Below are positions 43,601 to 57,699 of a DNA stretch of 64,000 bases, one piece after another. The notes under the pieces were generated by a model, which was given only the letters and a program-made list of their open reading frames with translations, did no database searches and was not told the origin of the DNA. Position 1 is the stretch's first letter. Each line of letters starts with the position of its first letter. The position numbers were made by a program, and so were the translations under genes. Source of the DNA: Chrysomallon squamiferum (lineage: Eukaryota > Animalia > Mollusca). The DNA lies in contig CM022671.1 of the NCBI GenBank assembly GCA_012295275.1, positions 30,504,001 through 30,568,000 on the forward strand. The letters run 5' to 3'.

Positions 43601-46600
43601 AAAAATTGAAAACATTATTAACATAAAATTTACTTATTATCATTAAATTTCTTAAATTTAAAAAAATTTCATATTTAAAAAAAATCATAATTTTATGTTT
43701 TATAATATTATGGAATACTTTATAAAAAAAAAGAAATAAAAAAAGAGGAAATATTTTAATTACAAATGCATATTTCTCCTAATGAATTTAAATCTTGATA
43801 TACCAAAATTCATTAAAAATTATAATTAAAAATAAAATAAAAACTTTCATTTATCCCTTCCCAATGATTACAAAAAAAAAGAAGACATTTACTAAAAAGA
43901 GATCAACCAATGATAAATACTAAATAAACTGTAACAGATGGTCCAATGATGACTTTCAACTCATGGAACAAAACTGTAATAACAATGGTAATATTTGAGA
44001 ATGAAAATAACAAACACTGTATCTTTCAAAATACCTGGCAATGACTTGAATAAGAGTATCATTTTGGATGCATCTTCCTACAGACAGGCCAAAAATCAAA
44101 ATAAAATACATTGAATGATGATGCAAATAAATTTACAAATTATACCATTTTCCTTACCCACAATGCTTCATGTTTTGTGGTTTATCCATTCTAACAGCAA
44201 TTTTGATGACAAGCTTGTCTGGAAAGTTTTTGGTGTTTTGCATTTTATACCAGTCAGCAACACGACTACTATTAGCTGTTGGTCGAATAATAACCTGAAA
44301 CAAAATATTAATATAAATTTTTTTTTTTTTTTTTAAATGTGATTATCAGAAAGTAAAATGTTTTTCACATTACTCATTTAAAACTACTAAACTTATTTTC
44401 AGAAATCAAAATAAAATAGTACAGGTTTGAAGACAAAACCATGAAAAAAATTCCTAAAAAATAAAAACATTTTACTTACCTTTCCCAATTCTTTGTCCTC
44501 TAGACTTAGCATTCCAGAGCTCTCAGTGTAAAGTTTAACTTTAACAACAGGTAAAGGATGGGTTGTAGTGAAATCTCCCTGTGTATCCCAACTGAAACAT
44601 AATATTTAATATTAAATTAGATATCTGATTTTATCTGGATTTTAAATATTATACTGTTGATTGTCTTGTTAACAACATTCCTGAGATGTGTTCTGTGATT
44701 CTTCTTCTAAAATATGTTTTCTAATTTAATCTTTAAGTTAACACAATTTAACTCTCCTAATGACACCATAAAATATGTCAGTATGTATCTCTTTGTTACA
44801 TTACATCTTTATATTTGTTGAAATTGACTGTTTCTACTGCAAGTGACATAATGTGTTGGGTTTTTTATTTTAATATTTAAAAACTAATAATAATTAGAAA
44901 AGAATGGATATAAAGGAAGCTTTCTGGACACAGCAACTGTTTTTCTCAGAGAAACTGGTTTTAATGTTTATAGGAATGTATGAATATAAAATTAAACAAT
45001 CAATTATTCATGCAAATGTTATTTATAATGTCAAATAATGTCAAATTTAGTTTAAAACTAATTCTATTAGAAATACAAAACTTCAATAATAATAAAATAA
45101 ATACCATGGCTTTGAAGCTTCAGCTTGATCTGTTTGCAATTTTTCTCCACCCTCAACCTCCATTGTACAGTACACAATTTTATTAGGAGCTAATGACTTC
45201 AATCCTTTTACTTCTATCACATGCACCTAAATTATAAGAGAGAGGACAAACAATAAAAATGCTATATCAATATGGGCATAATAAAAAGAAAAACTGCACA
45301 GAATTTTGTTTTAATAATTTTTCACTGATCTAAAATTAGTCTTATTAAATAACACAAATAAGTGTTAATGATACTAAGTTCATAAAAGTATCTATTTTAA
45401 ATCAGTATTCGATCATTAACTGGACACAAACCAGATGTTACTATTCAATTATAAATGGTCAGGAAGAGTACCAGACAGAATCAATTTAAATATGAACAAA
45501 GGTGGAAAAATACCAGATGATTGTTTGAAATGGTAATACAATAAAAGTATGATAAAAACAGCAACATTAAAAAACAACAAAAAAACAACAACACACACAC
45601 AAAAAATGAAATAAAAAAAAAAGAAATAAAAAAAAGAAACCAAGTATCAAGTGAATCAAATCAAATTTTAAGATATTTTCCTTTCAGATTACAATAAATA
45701 AATAAATAAATAAATTTTTAAATAATATATATTTCATGGTATATATATTTTCTTTACCTCAAGAGTAAATGATAATACCACATCCAGTTTTGAAAGTCCT
45801 GGTTCATTGTCCTCATTGATGTCAAGCTTTGAGAGTGTTGAGTGTTGTGTTCTGCAATGATGTCATTATTTTAAACTCAGTTTTTAAAACTATTAACATT
45901 CTTAATAAATAAATATATAAATAAATAAATAAATAAATAAATAATTACTTCTAAAATAATCAGCATTTCATCATGGAAATGGAATTTTTAAATAAAACAT
46001 TATCTTTACATTATTTCTAAAACTTGGTATGCTTTTGAATATGTAAAATAGTAAATTTCAATATCACTATATTATTTACACTAATGGATATTTTGTTTAA
46101 TATTAGTAATAATACTGTTAGAAAATTGTATTAAAATTAATAAAATAAGTGAAGCAATTTCATCACAGCAATTTCCTGCTCTATCAAACATTGTTAGTGA
46201 ATACAAACTTGTATCTTACTGCACTGTCACACTGTACTTAATATATAATATATTAATTAACTTACCGATTATACCGTTTCCCAAGCTTGTGGATAGATAT
46301 TTTATTTTCTGTTCCACCCTTGGACACAGGCAGACTCTCCAGATTTGCCATAAGTAGATTGATGGAAGATTTCAGTTCATCTATATACATGCTTTCCATT
46401 TCTTTCACTACAAATTTGGGATGACGACGAGTCTGTGATTTATAAAAAGAAACAGATTTTAATGAACTTCTTGATATTTTCCCTTTGTCTTAAATATTTC
46501 AAAAATGTACACAAGCTATAATAAAAAATAATTACATAACACTTAGTGGTGTAGTGTGGGCAGATGTCCAGGTGCAAACTTCTTAGGTTCAACTGGACTT

Positions 46601-49600
46601 GTGGAAGGGGCTCAGGGATGACTTATTTCCACTGGTTAGGGGGCACAATACAGTTGCTTTGCCCCAGGTGCTGGCAACCAGCTATATGTCTCTGATAACA
46701 ATTTCAAGTTGAACTTACCCTAGCCATTGTTTCAACTAACTGCAACCGTCCATCAAGCTCTCTACGTACTTGTGCTGCTTGTTCATCAGCATTATCCAAC
46801 TAAAAAAAAGAAGTAAAACAAATAATAAATAAATAAACTTCTTATTTATAAAAAGAATAAATTGTCGAAATGTCATATTGTAAAATTTATGTATCCAATT
46901 TTCTGTTGATTGTTCGTCAGTCTATATTCCATTCAACAAAAGCCTTGTTTTATAAAGAATGTAGATATATTAAAGTGTACCATTGGTAGTAGTTGTATAT
47001 ACACATCAAAGTTATTTTTCATTTTAGTGATTAATCTAAATTAATAATGAAGTGTAATAATAAAAATGAGCAGAAAATAAATCCCTGCAAAGTTGTAGCA
47101 TCATTTTATTTTATTTTTATCTATGTATCTATTAAAAATTGATTCCTTGTGAGCTCTTCCTGTAACAAGCACACTTTATTATTAGCAAAGGGAGGTTGCA
47201 AAATCTATAATCTTGAAGTATACAAAATGCATTTAGGTTATTTTTATGCACAATCAAAATTATATTTTAATGATTCTCAAACTGTTATATCTAAGAAAGA
47301 TTGTTTCAACATGTAATACTGACAAGATGATGCAGTTTATAATCGCATTATGAGACTGAAATAATGAAATTAAATTCTCCCAAATGTAATATACTGATAA
47401 CTATTTTTGGTTTATGAACAGATGATTACTGTAGAGTGGGGAATTAGTATTGTCTAGGTGACTGGCCAGTAACCAAAATTTATAATTAACAGAATAATAA
47501 CAGGACTGGTCTGTTATAAATGGGAAGAGTCATTAAAAGATCCCAGATAAATCCTATAAACACACAATATTTTTCCTATTTGTATTTCAAGCATATTCTT
47601 TATTTTCAAGAACAAATTTAGAAAAAAAAACAACAAAAAAATTGTTTCTAAATACATCATTTTTTTCTTCACATTTATGTATGATTGTGATATAGACCAA
47701 AATATTATACAAACTAGTAAAAAATAATGATCATTATAAAAATCAAATGTGCGAAAATGCAATGCATTCATTATTTCTTTCTTAAAACCATTATTAGTGA
47801 ATTATGTGCAGCCGTGACCTGTATAAACACTGGAAAATAACTTATTGATTACTTGTTCACTTAAAAATACTTTGATGCTGGCTCCATTTATCTCCCAAAA
47901 AGTCCCCCTGCCAAACAAAAAATAAAAAATAAAATAAAGAATGGGTACTTGTTTATATTACATGTGTAGAATTCAGGCTGTGATAGCTGTTCTGTGATTT
48001 ATGATTATCCTAAGACTGTGCAACAGCTGAACATCTTTTGTGAGATCGATCTCTAGCCACCAAGATCAATTACAGACAAGGTCACTTTGTGGAATAAACA
48101 TGTTGGTATTAAGTTAAATATATATATGAAAATAATGGGAAAAAACCCAGAGCTAACATGAATATGCATAACAGTAGGTTATATACAAATTATTGTATAT
48201 AAATTTCACTTGCCTATATCAAACCATTAATTGTGAAGCAATCCATATGATCATATAATGCATAAACCCTGGACTTTCAAATATAAATTATTTGAAAATA
48301 GAAAAACTAAAGAAAGAAATCTGCTTACTCCTGCTAATGAATTAAACTGAAATTAATATGTTTTCTATTTTAATCTTTAATTTAATTTCTTATTAGTTTT
48401 TATATCTTTTTAATCAAGAACAGTCTATGTATTTATTAATAAAGAAAAAAAAATGTAATACAATTACAAGAAAAAAGAAAACAATAAAAAACATATCTAA
48501 ATTTATTTGAACAAAAACATTAAATTTAAAAAAAAAAAAGAAATTATTATTATTATTTTTATTTTTTTATTTTATGAATTACACCAGTAAATTAGTTTTC
48601 TGAGAACAATTGCTACTGAACACTCAAATGGACATAAGTAATGAACTCGGCTACATAGAAGGACTAACAATCAGACTATCTGATTGACCGCTACATCATA
48701 GAATGTGAATGCATGCCTGAAATTAAGAGAACTCGTCTGCTACAGAAATAGTTATTAGTTTGATTTGACACACTTCCGTAGACTTTTATTACACTTATTT
48801 TAGCATTACTGTTTATTTCTGTGACTTTACTGCCATTTAATTCTACTGTGCACCAGAGAGTTGGCCAGACATACATGAACAACAGAAACCAATTAAAAAG
48901 ATAAACTGGTATTAGTATGTTAGATGTACTGGCACTTCTGGCTTATTTCATTTCTAATATATTATGTCTTTTTATTAATACTTTGGGAAATCTTCTGTGA
49001 ATTTTCTAGATCAACAAAGCCAAATAATATTTCAACAAATTCTTGTCCTACCTTTTTTAAAAATGATTTTTATTAGATAATATTATAATTCTTGTAGATT
49101 AGGAATTATGATGTAACCTACAAATGGAATTATTTATGTAACATGGAAACATTGCATGCTGGATAGTGGCCACTATTTATATCACTGTCTAATCACAAGC
49201 TCAACGAGGCAATACCATTTTATACAGGAGGCAAATACAATGTCACGCAGTTTTAATGATCTGCTAGAAATCATTTCTTTCTTCCATGGAAACGAACTCC
49301 ATGACAGGATTCAAACATTAAATATTAAGGCACAAAGCAGAACAATAAAGAATTTGTGCTACTGAGATTAAAAAAAATAATAAAGTAAGAATTTATGATT
49401 TGTATTTTATTAGATTAATACACGATAATAATAATAATAAAATGTTTCTAACTTAATTTAGTTTATTATTATTAATTATTATTATAGTTAATTTAATGTT
49501 TATTATGTACACATATTAAAAAATTCATTTTTTTCCAAAAAATACAATAACTGAACCATATTAAAATTAAAAACTATTTTTCAGATTGGCCAGTTATATC

Positions 49601-52600
49601 AATATTACATAGCTTTCCTTGTAAAGTGCAATTCAGCTATTGGTAATATACTTATAATTTAAATCATAATAAAACATTTTCGTGGAAACATTTATATAAT
49701 GAATTAAGGAATGATGAAAATGTCTGACAGATAATTAAAAACATTCTGAAAATGTGCAATGATGTCTACAGTCATAAGAAAAAATTAATATATAATTTTT
49801 TTTTTTTTAATCAAATGAAACATAACTGTTTTCATTGTTAATAAACTTTTGCAATTAAGTAAAAAATTCAGATTACTCAAACATATGTTGGGTAACTTGT
49901 ACAAAATTCAATAAACCTGTTAATTCAGTGATTTTGATCTCATATTGTATTTCAGCTTCAATCAATAATACTGTGCAAAATGAATAAACAAATACTTATT
50001 TATTTAATCTTAAAAAGGAAAATATGAACAGAATTACAAAACAAGAGGGAATACTTGGCTTCTTAATCACTGAGCTACTGTGCAAAGGGGTAGCACACCA
50101 AAGCTATACATATACACACCAAAATCAATTGTTGCCATAGGAACTAAATGACCCATTTATTAGTGCAATATTGAATAAAGAACTTCAGTCACTTCTTCTG
50201 ACATTTGCAGCCTTTTAAAGCTGTATCTAGTATTTATATAATATTGGTTGTATCTTGTGCAGTGTGTAGTGCACCCTTCTGGTTTAATTACTGGGTCACA
50301 GTATTTCTGTATCAAAACACTTGGTGAATCAATAAAATTCTCTATTTCTGTTCTATTTTAACCACAGTGCATCAAAGTATGGAGTAAGAATTTTCTGGCT
50401 CACTCTCTGAGCACGCTTTAACAAATCATCATGTGTCTCTCCCTGTCAGAAGATTAATATAATTATAAGATGACTGATGGTATGATCAAATAAATAAATC
50501 GAATAAATTATGGCAACAACTCTTTAGAATATTGTTTTAAAGAAACCATGTTAATTCAGTGCTGACGGTTTACATATTATTGATTGCCATTTCAATATAG
50601 ATTTTGTTTTTTCTTTTTTTAGCTATAATAATAATACAAATAAAATAATAACAGTAAAAAATTAAAAGCTGCAAAGCTTCATTTTCTATTTCATTTCCTA
50701 TTATTTTAATGGGTTTTTTTTAAATCATGCTAGTAATTTTTATTATTTTACACTAATTATTATTATTTTACTTCAACAATAATTTTTAGTTTTAAATAAT
50801 AATAATAATAATAATAATAAATTATATAAAACAAAATATAAAATATTATTATAGATTTTTTGTTTTTTTTTAATAAAAGAGATAGAAAAATAAAAAAATA
50901 AAATAAAATATCTAGGCAACACATTAGCTAACTAAACAAAATTATTATTATTATTCTTTTATAAAAAAAAAATTAAAGAAAACAAAACAAAAAAATTACT
51001 TCAAAACCTGATCTTGCAAACAGTGATCATAAAAAGGACTCTAAAACGAATTTATTTCCAACTAGAAGAAAAAATAAAAATAAAAATATTAAAATTAAAA
51101 ATGTAATAAATATTATATTTTGTTATCATGAATGGACGTCTGTTACCTGACATTTAGCTGTCCATCACAGAAGAAAATTATTCCCTTTTTTTAAATACAG
51201 CTTTGTGTATTTATTAACCATCCAAACAATAGTTTTCTAATTTAATGCAGTTTAATTTACTGTATAGTTATATGCAAGTGTTGATGGATAACAGCAATAA
51301 AGTGAGACACTGTTAATAAAAGGAATCATGCTGATAATTAAGCAATTGTTTAATCCTAAATTGGTTTTAATCTACAGATGACAACAGATATTGCTGTCTT
51401 TAGAAACTGCATTCTTTTTTCATTTCAGAATGATTAAACAGAACTATTAAAAAAGACTTCAGAAAGGTTCAAATTGTAGCTTCTTTATACTGAATTCATT
51501 TTGATACTGTAACTGAAATTTCAAGATGCATACAAATTTAATGGGTAATATTCTTTTATTTATTACTTGGACAAATGTAAAATGATTGTGAATGTGTTCT
51601 TTATACTGGATTCTGTGTTGAAAATCAGATTTATCAAAGGTAATTTAAATTTTTGATTAATGGAAACTACCTTTAAAAAGGAATAAAAGGAAAATAAATT
51701 AAAAATACAAATACAAATAAAAATCTCTTCTTAAATGTCTGTAATATAATTAATATTTGAGATCTGATACTATGTTCTTCAAAATGTCATAAATTCCAGA
51801 AGCCTATGCAGAACTAACATCTATGCAATTTCAATAAATGACAGTAAATGAGAAGAAGGAATAGATAACCTGCTAAAAAGAAAGGAGAAGACAAAAAAGA
51901 AAAAAGGAAAAAAAAAAAAAGCAACATATCTTTCAACAAGTTATTATCTTAAACAGTAGGTATTACTGAATTTTGATATAAATATGCAAAGGTAGAAAAA
52001 TATTTTTAATTTTAATTTAACTCACAATCTCACTTATTTGTAAATCAATACTGAATTATTAAATTACTATTACAAATAAATTATAATAATATATTTATTT
52101 TGTTGTACTTTTTTATATGTATTTTGATATCTACATACAGACAAATGTGCACTACAGTTTAGCAAAACATTTATGACAGATTATCATCATTATAATGTAC
52201 ATATTATTATTATTTTTTAAATATAACATTTCAATAAGTGAAACAATACATGTTAATTTTATAATGACTGTGCCAGATTATTAAGCAGTTTTTGAGTTAA
52301 TAATTGTTGAACATTTACATATACATACAGATTACTGAAAATTTAAATCAATTAAAAAAAATTAAAATGTTCATTTCTCTCTAATTATTTTCTTGACAAC
52401 TGTATAGTTGGGTATTGAATGAATTAATATATAAACAGTGGTTCAACAGGAAATCTCTATCTAAAGTTATGTCCTTCTGAACTAACACATGTACATAATG
52501 TTAATCAACAGTTCAGTTATTAAGAACATAATTTAAAAAAAGAACTGAACAAATTTATTTTTCAAATTATTTAAAATTTAAATAATTTGTTTGTAAATGT

Positions 52601-54453
52601 GTAGCAGAAAGAGAGAAAATTGGATAGAGAGAAATAAAGAAAGAACAATTTTTGAAACTAAATAGTTACTTAAAACTGAAATGCAGTCTGCATAATATAC
52701 AAAACCAACAGACAATGTTTTATGTATATTATCATGGATGTACTATTAATTATTTGACAGCAGCAACAACAACAACTAATAAATGAAAGCCAAAGGCAAT
52801 AAATTTTAAGATTTTAGAACATTTTGATTTTGTCAATGTTTAAAAAAAGTGTAATAAATTATTCTATACTGTGTAATTTTTACAATTCTTTGACTGAAAA
52901 GTTAACCAGTAAAACAGTTGCCTATTTCCCTAAAGATTATGGATAAATTATACAGGATAATGTATCATTAATAATAATAAAAAATAAATAAATAAATAAA
53001 TATTAACACAAAAAAGAACAAAAACAAAAAAAACCCAAAACAACAATAAACAAAAAAGCTGAAAAACATTTTAAAAAAAGAAAAGAAAATTTGTTTCCAT
53101 CTCATGCTTAGCTTTCTCACACATTTTATTATGTATTCTGATATTGATTTTTCATTATTTTTTTTTACAGTTAATCAATAGATAATAATAATATTGATCA
53201 TAAGAAACAGTCCAGATAACAAAAAATAATTTTCCCTGTTTAAATATCCTTGCCTTCACTTAAATTAGTACATTAAATAATAATAATAATAATAATAATA
53301 ATAATTAACACATTACAGATGAATAAATAATGTAATATACTATTTCCACAAGGATTTTTATTTAAGTTGGACAATCAAAATATATTTGGAGACCATAGCT
53401 TAAAGTAATTTTAACCCAATTTGAAAAATATTTAAAAATAAATAAAATAAAAAGATAAAACAAAACTGTCATAGAATCGCCACGTGTAAATGCTGGTAAA
53501 ACAGGTATTACACCAAAGAAAGACTGTCATACTGATCTAGTTATTTAACTGTTATCACTTAATTATCGACTTGTATTAATTAATGATATAACATATTCAT
53601 TTATTTCATTAATAATTAGTAAGTGAATTCATTTCACAGAACAATTTATAAAAAAAAAATTTTACAGCAATAATTTTAGATGCTTTTTATCAACTGATAA
53701 CTGGCTTGAATAAAAAAAATTAATTAAATACATTTTAATATCAAGTTTGTTTTTCTTCATTCTTGGTTTATGTATATAGCAATAATATCACCACAACAAA
53801 AATTTCACTTTTAAATATACTGCTATTCTTTTCTGTTTGCCAAAAATGGAAAGAAAACCAAACTGCTGAATCAAATTTTGTGTCATTAGTAAACTAGGTT
53901 ATTGATGATTATTACATTGTGATGCTTGATAAGCTATTGGAATCAGGAATGCTAATGGTATTGAGTATTCTTTGTTCATTCTGCTTATGGATCATGCTAA
54001 AATATTAGATGGATTTATTGTGTTGACCATAAAATATCAGAACACACATATTCCCACCCCAAATGGCTTAGAAATTAAAATTAAATCTATTTTTTTTAAT
54101 CTTCATTGTAGACAGCTGATTTAATTTCAATCTAACTTCTTACCTTTTCAGATATTATTAGAAAGCTGATTTTAAGATGTGTTTTTTTTTTTTTTTTTTT
54201 AGAAAATGTTGATCCAGGATACAATTTTCAACATATGTGCCAATTACCTTGTTGAGGAGTTGTTTTTTTTTCTTCATTCTGATCTGATTCGGTCTTATTT
54301 GGTTGTTTGTAGTGTTCTTACATACTCATGATTTTGCTTTTGAATTTAGTTTGTATATTTATGATATTACTTTTTCTTTGGGTTGTCCATCTAGTTCTTT
54401 TTACAAAAGCAAAATGTTCTAATATACATCAGCTTTAGTCCTTTTTCTACTTC

Positions 54454-54488
<35 letters not shown>

Positions 54489-55618
54489 AGATTTTTTTCC
54501 TAAGAAAACTAATAATGTTCTAATTCAGAATTTTAATTTTTAATGATTTATTTTCATAAATTTCTCTTTTATTTTTTTCTTTAAATAACCTTTGAGAGAG
54601 GAAGAAGTTACTGAATCTTTATTTGAAATAATTTTTGAAATAATTTCTAACAATTTTCTTTGTAGATTATGCCCATTCTGTGGTTAATAATTTTAATGGA
54701 CAATACATATGTTTAAAATGACAAATGATTTACAATTTCTCACTATTTCTGTGATTGTTGATTTTTGTTTGTGTTTTAGATAACTTTTTTATGTCATTAA
54801 TATTATGGATTGATCACAGTGTCGTTGTAATCAGGCTTTAGGACAAAAATTATCTGCTTCCATACCAAAAACAAATACATGTGTATAAATAAATTTTTGC
54901 TTTTGGGTCATTCCATGTCAAATCACCCCCCCCCCAAAATAATTTAAACCCAATTTTTATGAAACTTGGTATACTTGTTAACTGGGATCCCACAGCACCA
55001 AATCTGAAATATTAGCCCAATCAGATCAGTGGTGTGGGAGGTATGGCCACCCGAATTTTGAGATTTTTGGCAAAAATGGGCGTGACTACCAACCTTAGAA
55101 CCCTCATATCTCAGGAACTACTGAGCCAATCTTCATAAAATTGGTATTGTTGAAAAGGTAATATTTTTTTATTTTTTTTTGGGGGGATCTGACATGGAAT
55201 GACCCAAAAGCAAAAATTTAATTATACACATGTATTTGTTTTTGGCATGGAAGCAGATAATTTTTGTCCTAAAGCCTGATTACAACGACACTGTGATCAA
55301 TCCATAATATTAATGACATAAAAAAGTTATCTAAAACACAAACAAAAATCAACAATCGCAGAAATAGAGAGAAATTGTAAATCATTTGTCATTTTAAACA
55401 TATGTATTGTCCATTAAAATTATTAACCACAGAATGGGCATAATCTACAAAGAAAATTGTTAGAAATTATTTCAAAAATTATTTCAAATAAAGATTCAGT
55501 AACTTCTTCCTCTCTCAAAGGTTATTTAAAGAAAAAATAAAAGAAACATTTATGAAAATAAATCGTTAAAAATTAAAATTCTGAATTAGAACATTATTAG
55601 TTTTCTTAGGAAAAAAAT

Positions 55619-55649
<31 letters not shown>

Positions 55650-57675
55650 ATGAAGTAGAAAAAGGACTAAAGCTGATGTATATTAGAACATTTTGCTTTT
55701 GTAAAAAGAACTAGATGGACAACCCAAAGAAAAAGTAATATCATAAGTATAAAAACTAAATTCAAAAGCAAAAACATGAGTATGTATGAACATTACAAAC
55801 AACCAAATAAGACCGAATCAGATCAGAATGGAGAAAAAAAACAACTCCTCAACAAGGTAATTGGCACATATGTTGAAAATTGTATCCTGGATCAACATTT
55901 TCTACATCTCTCTTTGGGCAGAGTCTTTCAGTCACAGATTTGCTATAGAGTAAACATAGGTCCCATTCAGTTTTCTGTTGCATACCATGAACACTAGTAT
56001 CCAAAGCTTTTTAAAATCTGATACCAAACTCTGCAATACATCTTAACTTTGTAGTGCCCTTCTTACAGTAAGTATACTGGGGTAATTCATTTTTTGCATC
56101 TTGCTGGTCTCTACTGTCTTTTCTTGAATATTCTGATACAAACAGTTTAAGGATTAAAAACTGTGAATGATAAAAAGCCTTTACAGGCATTGGTATGATT
56201 TCTGTTAATTCATAGTTATCTGCCCAGTCCTTATCATATAATAACTATGATTAAAGATGTACTACCATATAAAGTACAGTTACCTTTGTGAACGTCCCCA
56301 AAGAGATTGGTGCTAATTAGCAATCCCTACCTATTCCTATATTATCTTCTCTGATTATCCAGGGTAATTAAACACAAAAGGCAAGAATGAAGTTAATTAG
56401 TGATCAACACAAAAGAAAACTGTATTGTGTTTTTAAAGCTTAAAAAAATAATAATAAATAATGTTGATGACAAAGGTGTTTCTAAACTCATTTCTAATCT
56501 ATTTAGTCTTGAAACTTAATGTTTTTCAACGAAGCTAAAAAATAAAAATGAAAATAACAGGGTCCATTGTCTAACGACTCCTTCAGTGGTCCTTAAAACA
56601 TCAAGTCTTGCGATATTTATCACATGAAACAATGAACATGACTCGTAATTATAAAAACAGGTTTTTTTGTTTGTACTAGTGGTTATAGAAATTTACAACA
56701 GTATATGTGTGTGTTTGTTACTGATATAATATATTAGGTATATTAACAAACTGAAAATGAAACTAAATTATCAGACATTATAAAGAAAATGTCTAATTCA
56801 ACATCTGCTCTATTTTTATATTTTACAATACAAATCTCCAAAGTGTAAAAAATAAAGAAGCGAATTGGGTATTTTCAATACTTTACCTGGCAAGCATTGT
56901 ATAATATCTGATGCTCATACTTTTTAACACCAAGTATATTTTGGAACATGTCATACAACTGTTCTTTACTGAGGATCAGTTCTGAAGAAGCAGTAGTTGT
57001 TCTCTGGGGCTGTTTTCTTGGATCATCATCTCCTCTAAATATTGCATCAAATTTTGCCATCCATGAACTGAGAACAGTTTCTTTACTTAAGCCATCTATT
57101 TCTGGTAAACTGCGAACCCTTTTTTCAATGTTATTTTTGAACACTTCTCTGAAGTCATTGGCTGAACAACCACCACTCTTAACCATATTTGCTACACGGT
57201 CACTTTTCAGAAATACTTCATAATAACTTTGATGAGCATTTGTAAATGCCTCGTCTGCTACAATATTTGTTTCACCATTGAGAAATGCGTGGAATCGTTC
57301 TTTTATAGTTTGTAATTGCTGTTTGGTGATTTTAGTCTGCCTCCTAGCCATATCAGTTGGTTGTTTCGCATTAAATGGATAAGCAATGCATCTCATTACA
57401 AATACATACAGTTGTAATCTTTTTTTCCTTTCCTCCTCCTCTCTTTCCAGTTTGTCAACATCTTCTACAACTTTTTCTCTGTCGCTAGCGAGCGATGGGC
57501 TAGGACTAGAAGGACGAATGCTGTTGGACCTGGAGTGTCCACCAACAACACTTAAGTTATCCCCACTTGCCGAAAGACTTCTCTGTTCGGCACTGGGTAA
57601 ACTAAGGACGTCAGAGTTTTCCTCATCCTGAGTTTCATTTTCTGATTCTTCTTCGCTTGAGGATGGATCAAGCAT
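26564..57675 (-). CDS. CADPS: Calcium-dependent secretion activator (CAPS/UNC-31; C2, PH and MHD domains), 27 constitutive coding exons, about 1253 aa, with an apparent 1-nt deletion in exon 16
   Basis: Exons in transcript order: 56887-57675, 46719-46799, 46266-46432, 45758-45851, 45105-45226, 44480-44591, 44158-44294, 43456-43522, 43218-43326, 42494-42688, 41976-42112, 41511-41698, 41021-41122, 40485-40548, 39582-39705, 33976-34081, 30527-30683, 30042-30183, 29454-29609, 28834-28945, 28564-28602, 28167-28241, 27928-28011, 27661-27768, 27228-27332, 26881-26967, 26564-26665 (TGA). Diagnostic peptides: [147 protein letters not shown]. All phases agree except exon 16, which is 106 nt where 107 is needed. 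Confidence 0.96.
31897..31908 (-). CDS. CADPS: Candidate 12-nt CADPS microexon (AFRS) between exons 16 and 17
   Basis: Minus strand reads ttgctgttgtgctttttatcttcttctgctgtag|GCATTTCGATCG|gtgagt: long pyrimidine tract with several TGC, consensus donor, phase 0/0, no stop. Confidence 0.7.
33137..33166 (-). CDS. CADPS: Candidate 30-nt CADPS cassette exon ([10 protein letters not shown]) between exons 16 and 17
   Basis: gcatatttttcacag|GTTACATTTTACAGGCATGGTCAGCCAAGG|gtaaca; phase 0/0, open frame, a GC-richer island in an AT-rich intron. Confidence 0.5.
35048..35062 (-). CDS. CADPS: Weak candidate 15-nt CADPS microexon (GHKWI) before exon 16
   Basis: gtaaaatgcag|GCCACAAGTGGATAG|gtaacc; phase 1/1 open and good donor, but poor pyrimidine tract (G-runs upstream). 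Confidence 0.3.
   Translation of the reverse strand, partial: ATSG
35294..36323. repeat. Tandem array (minisatellite), 10 copies of a 103-105 bp unit, in CADPS intron 15
   Basis: Unit aatgaggttctttctgttatggaatggaataaaattaaaaataatttagaaatagtaaaaatgcagcttaaatttccaaatccaaacaatgtaatttaaataaaa; atgag recurs at 35295, 35399, 35503, 35608, 35712, 35817, 35922, 36027, 36130 and 36235. Confidence 0.97.
37319..37327 (-). CDS. CADPS: Candidate 9-nt CADPS microexon (GVN) between exons 15 and 16
   Basis: atgtctttctgcctcatttacag|GAGTTAATG|gtaggt; phase 1/1, TGC in the pyrimidine tract, good donor. Confidence 0.6.
39233..39244 (-). CDS. CADPS: Candidate 12-nt CADPS microexon (GRKK) after exon 15
   Basis: atgtctctcttctattaaacttgaag|GACGTAAAAAAG|gtgaac; phase 1/1, would give YAKIE-GRKK. 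The AAG acceptor is weaker than consensus. Confidence 0.45.
39760..39835. repeat. Degenerate (TAACCC)n telomere-like hexamer tract in CADPS intron 14
   Basis: ctaaaccctaatcc...taaccctaatcttaaccttaaccctaaactttaactcttaaacctaacccta. Confidence 0.75.
42698..42915. repeat. Compound pentanucleotide repeat (AAAAT)n-(AATAG)n-(AACAG)n next to the CADPS exon 10 acceptor
   Basis: Directly visible; it forms the pyrimidine tract on the minus strand. Confidence 0.9.
46545..46695. mobile_element. Degenerate short DNA-transposon/MITE remnant in CADPS intron 2
   Basis: GC-rich island in an AT-rich intron, with ends agtggtgtag...gctatatgtctctg resembling decayed CAGTGGCGTAGC-type TIRs; internal ggggca...tgcccc. 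Confidence 0.35.
54200..55904. repeat. Long inverted repeat: arms 54200-54920 and 55190-55904, spacer about 270 bp
   Basis: The left arm (tagaaaatgttgatccaggatacaattttcaacatatgtgcc...gggtcattccatgtca) is the reverse complement of the right arm (tgacatggaatgaccc...ggcacatatgttgaaaattgtatcctggatcaacattttcta). Only scattered substitutions and a (GT)n/(AC)n length difference separate them. Confidence 0.97.
54905..55205. mobile_element. MITE-like non-autonomous DNA element (about 300 bp) with TIR GGGTCATTCCATGTCA; family unassigned
   Basis: 16-bp perfect TIRs extended by C-run/G-run subterminal matches; non-coding interior that recurs in degenerate form at 4081-4290. Confidence 0.6.
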
Positions 57676-57699
57676 GTTAGCAAAGGCAGAATATCAATT

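Noticed and set aside
55776-55997. 73-aa ORF at the end of the right inverted-repeat arm as a possible transposase remnant
   Set aside because: No DDE or DNA-binding motif; chance ORF.
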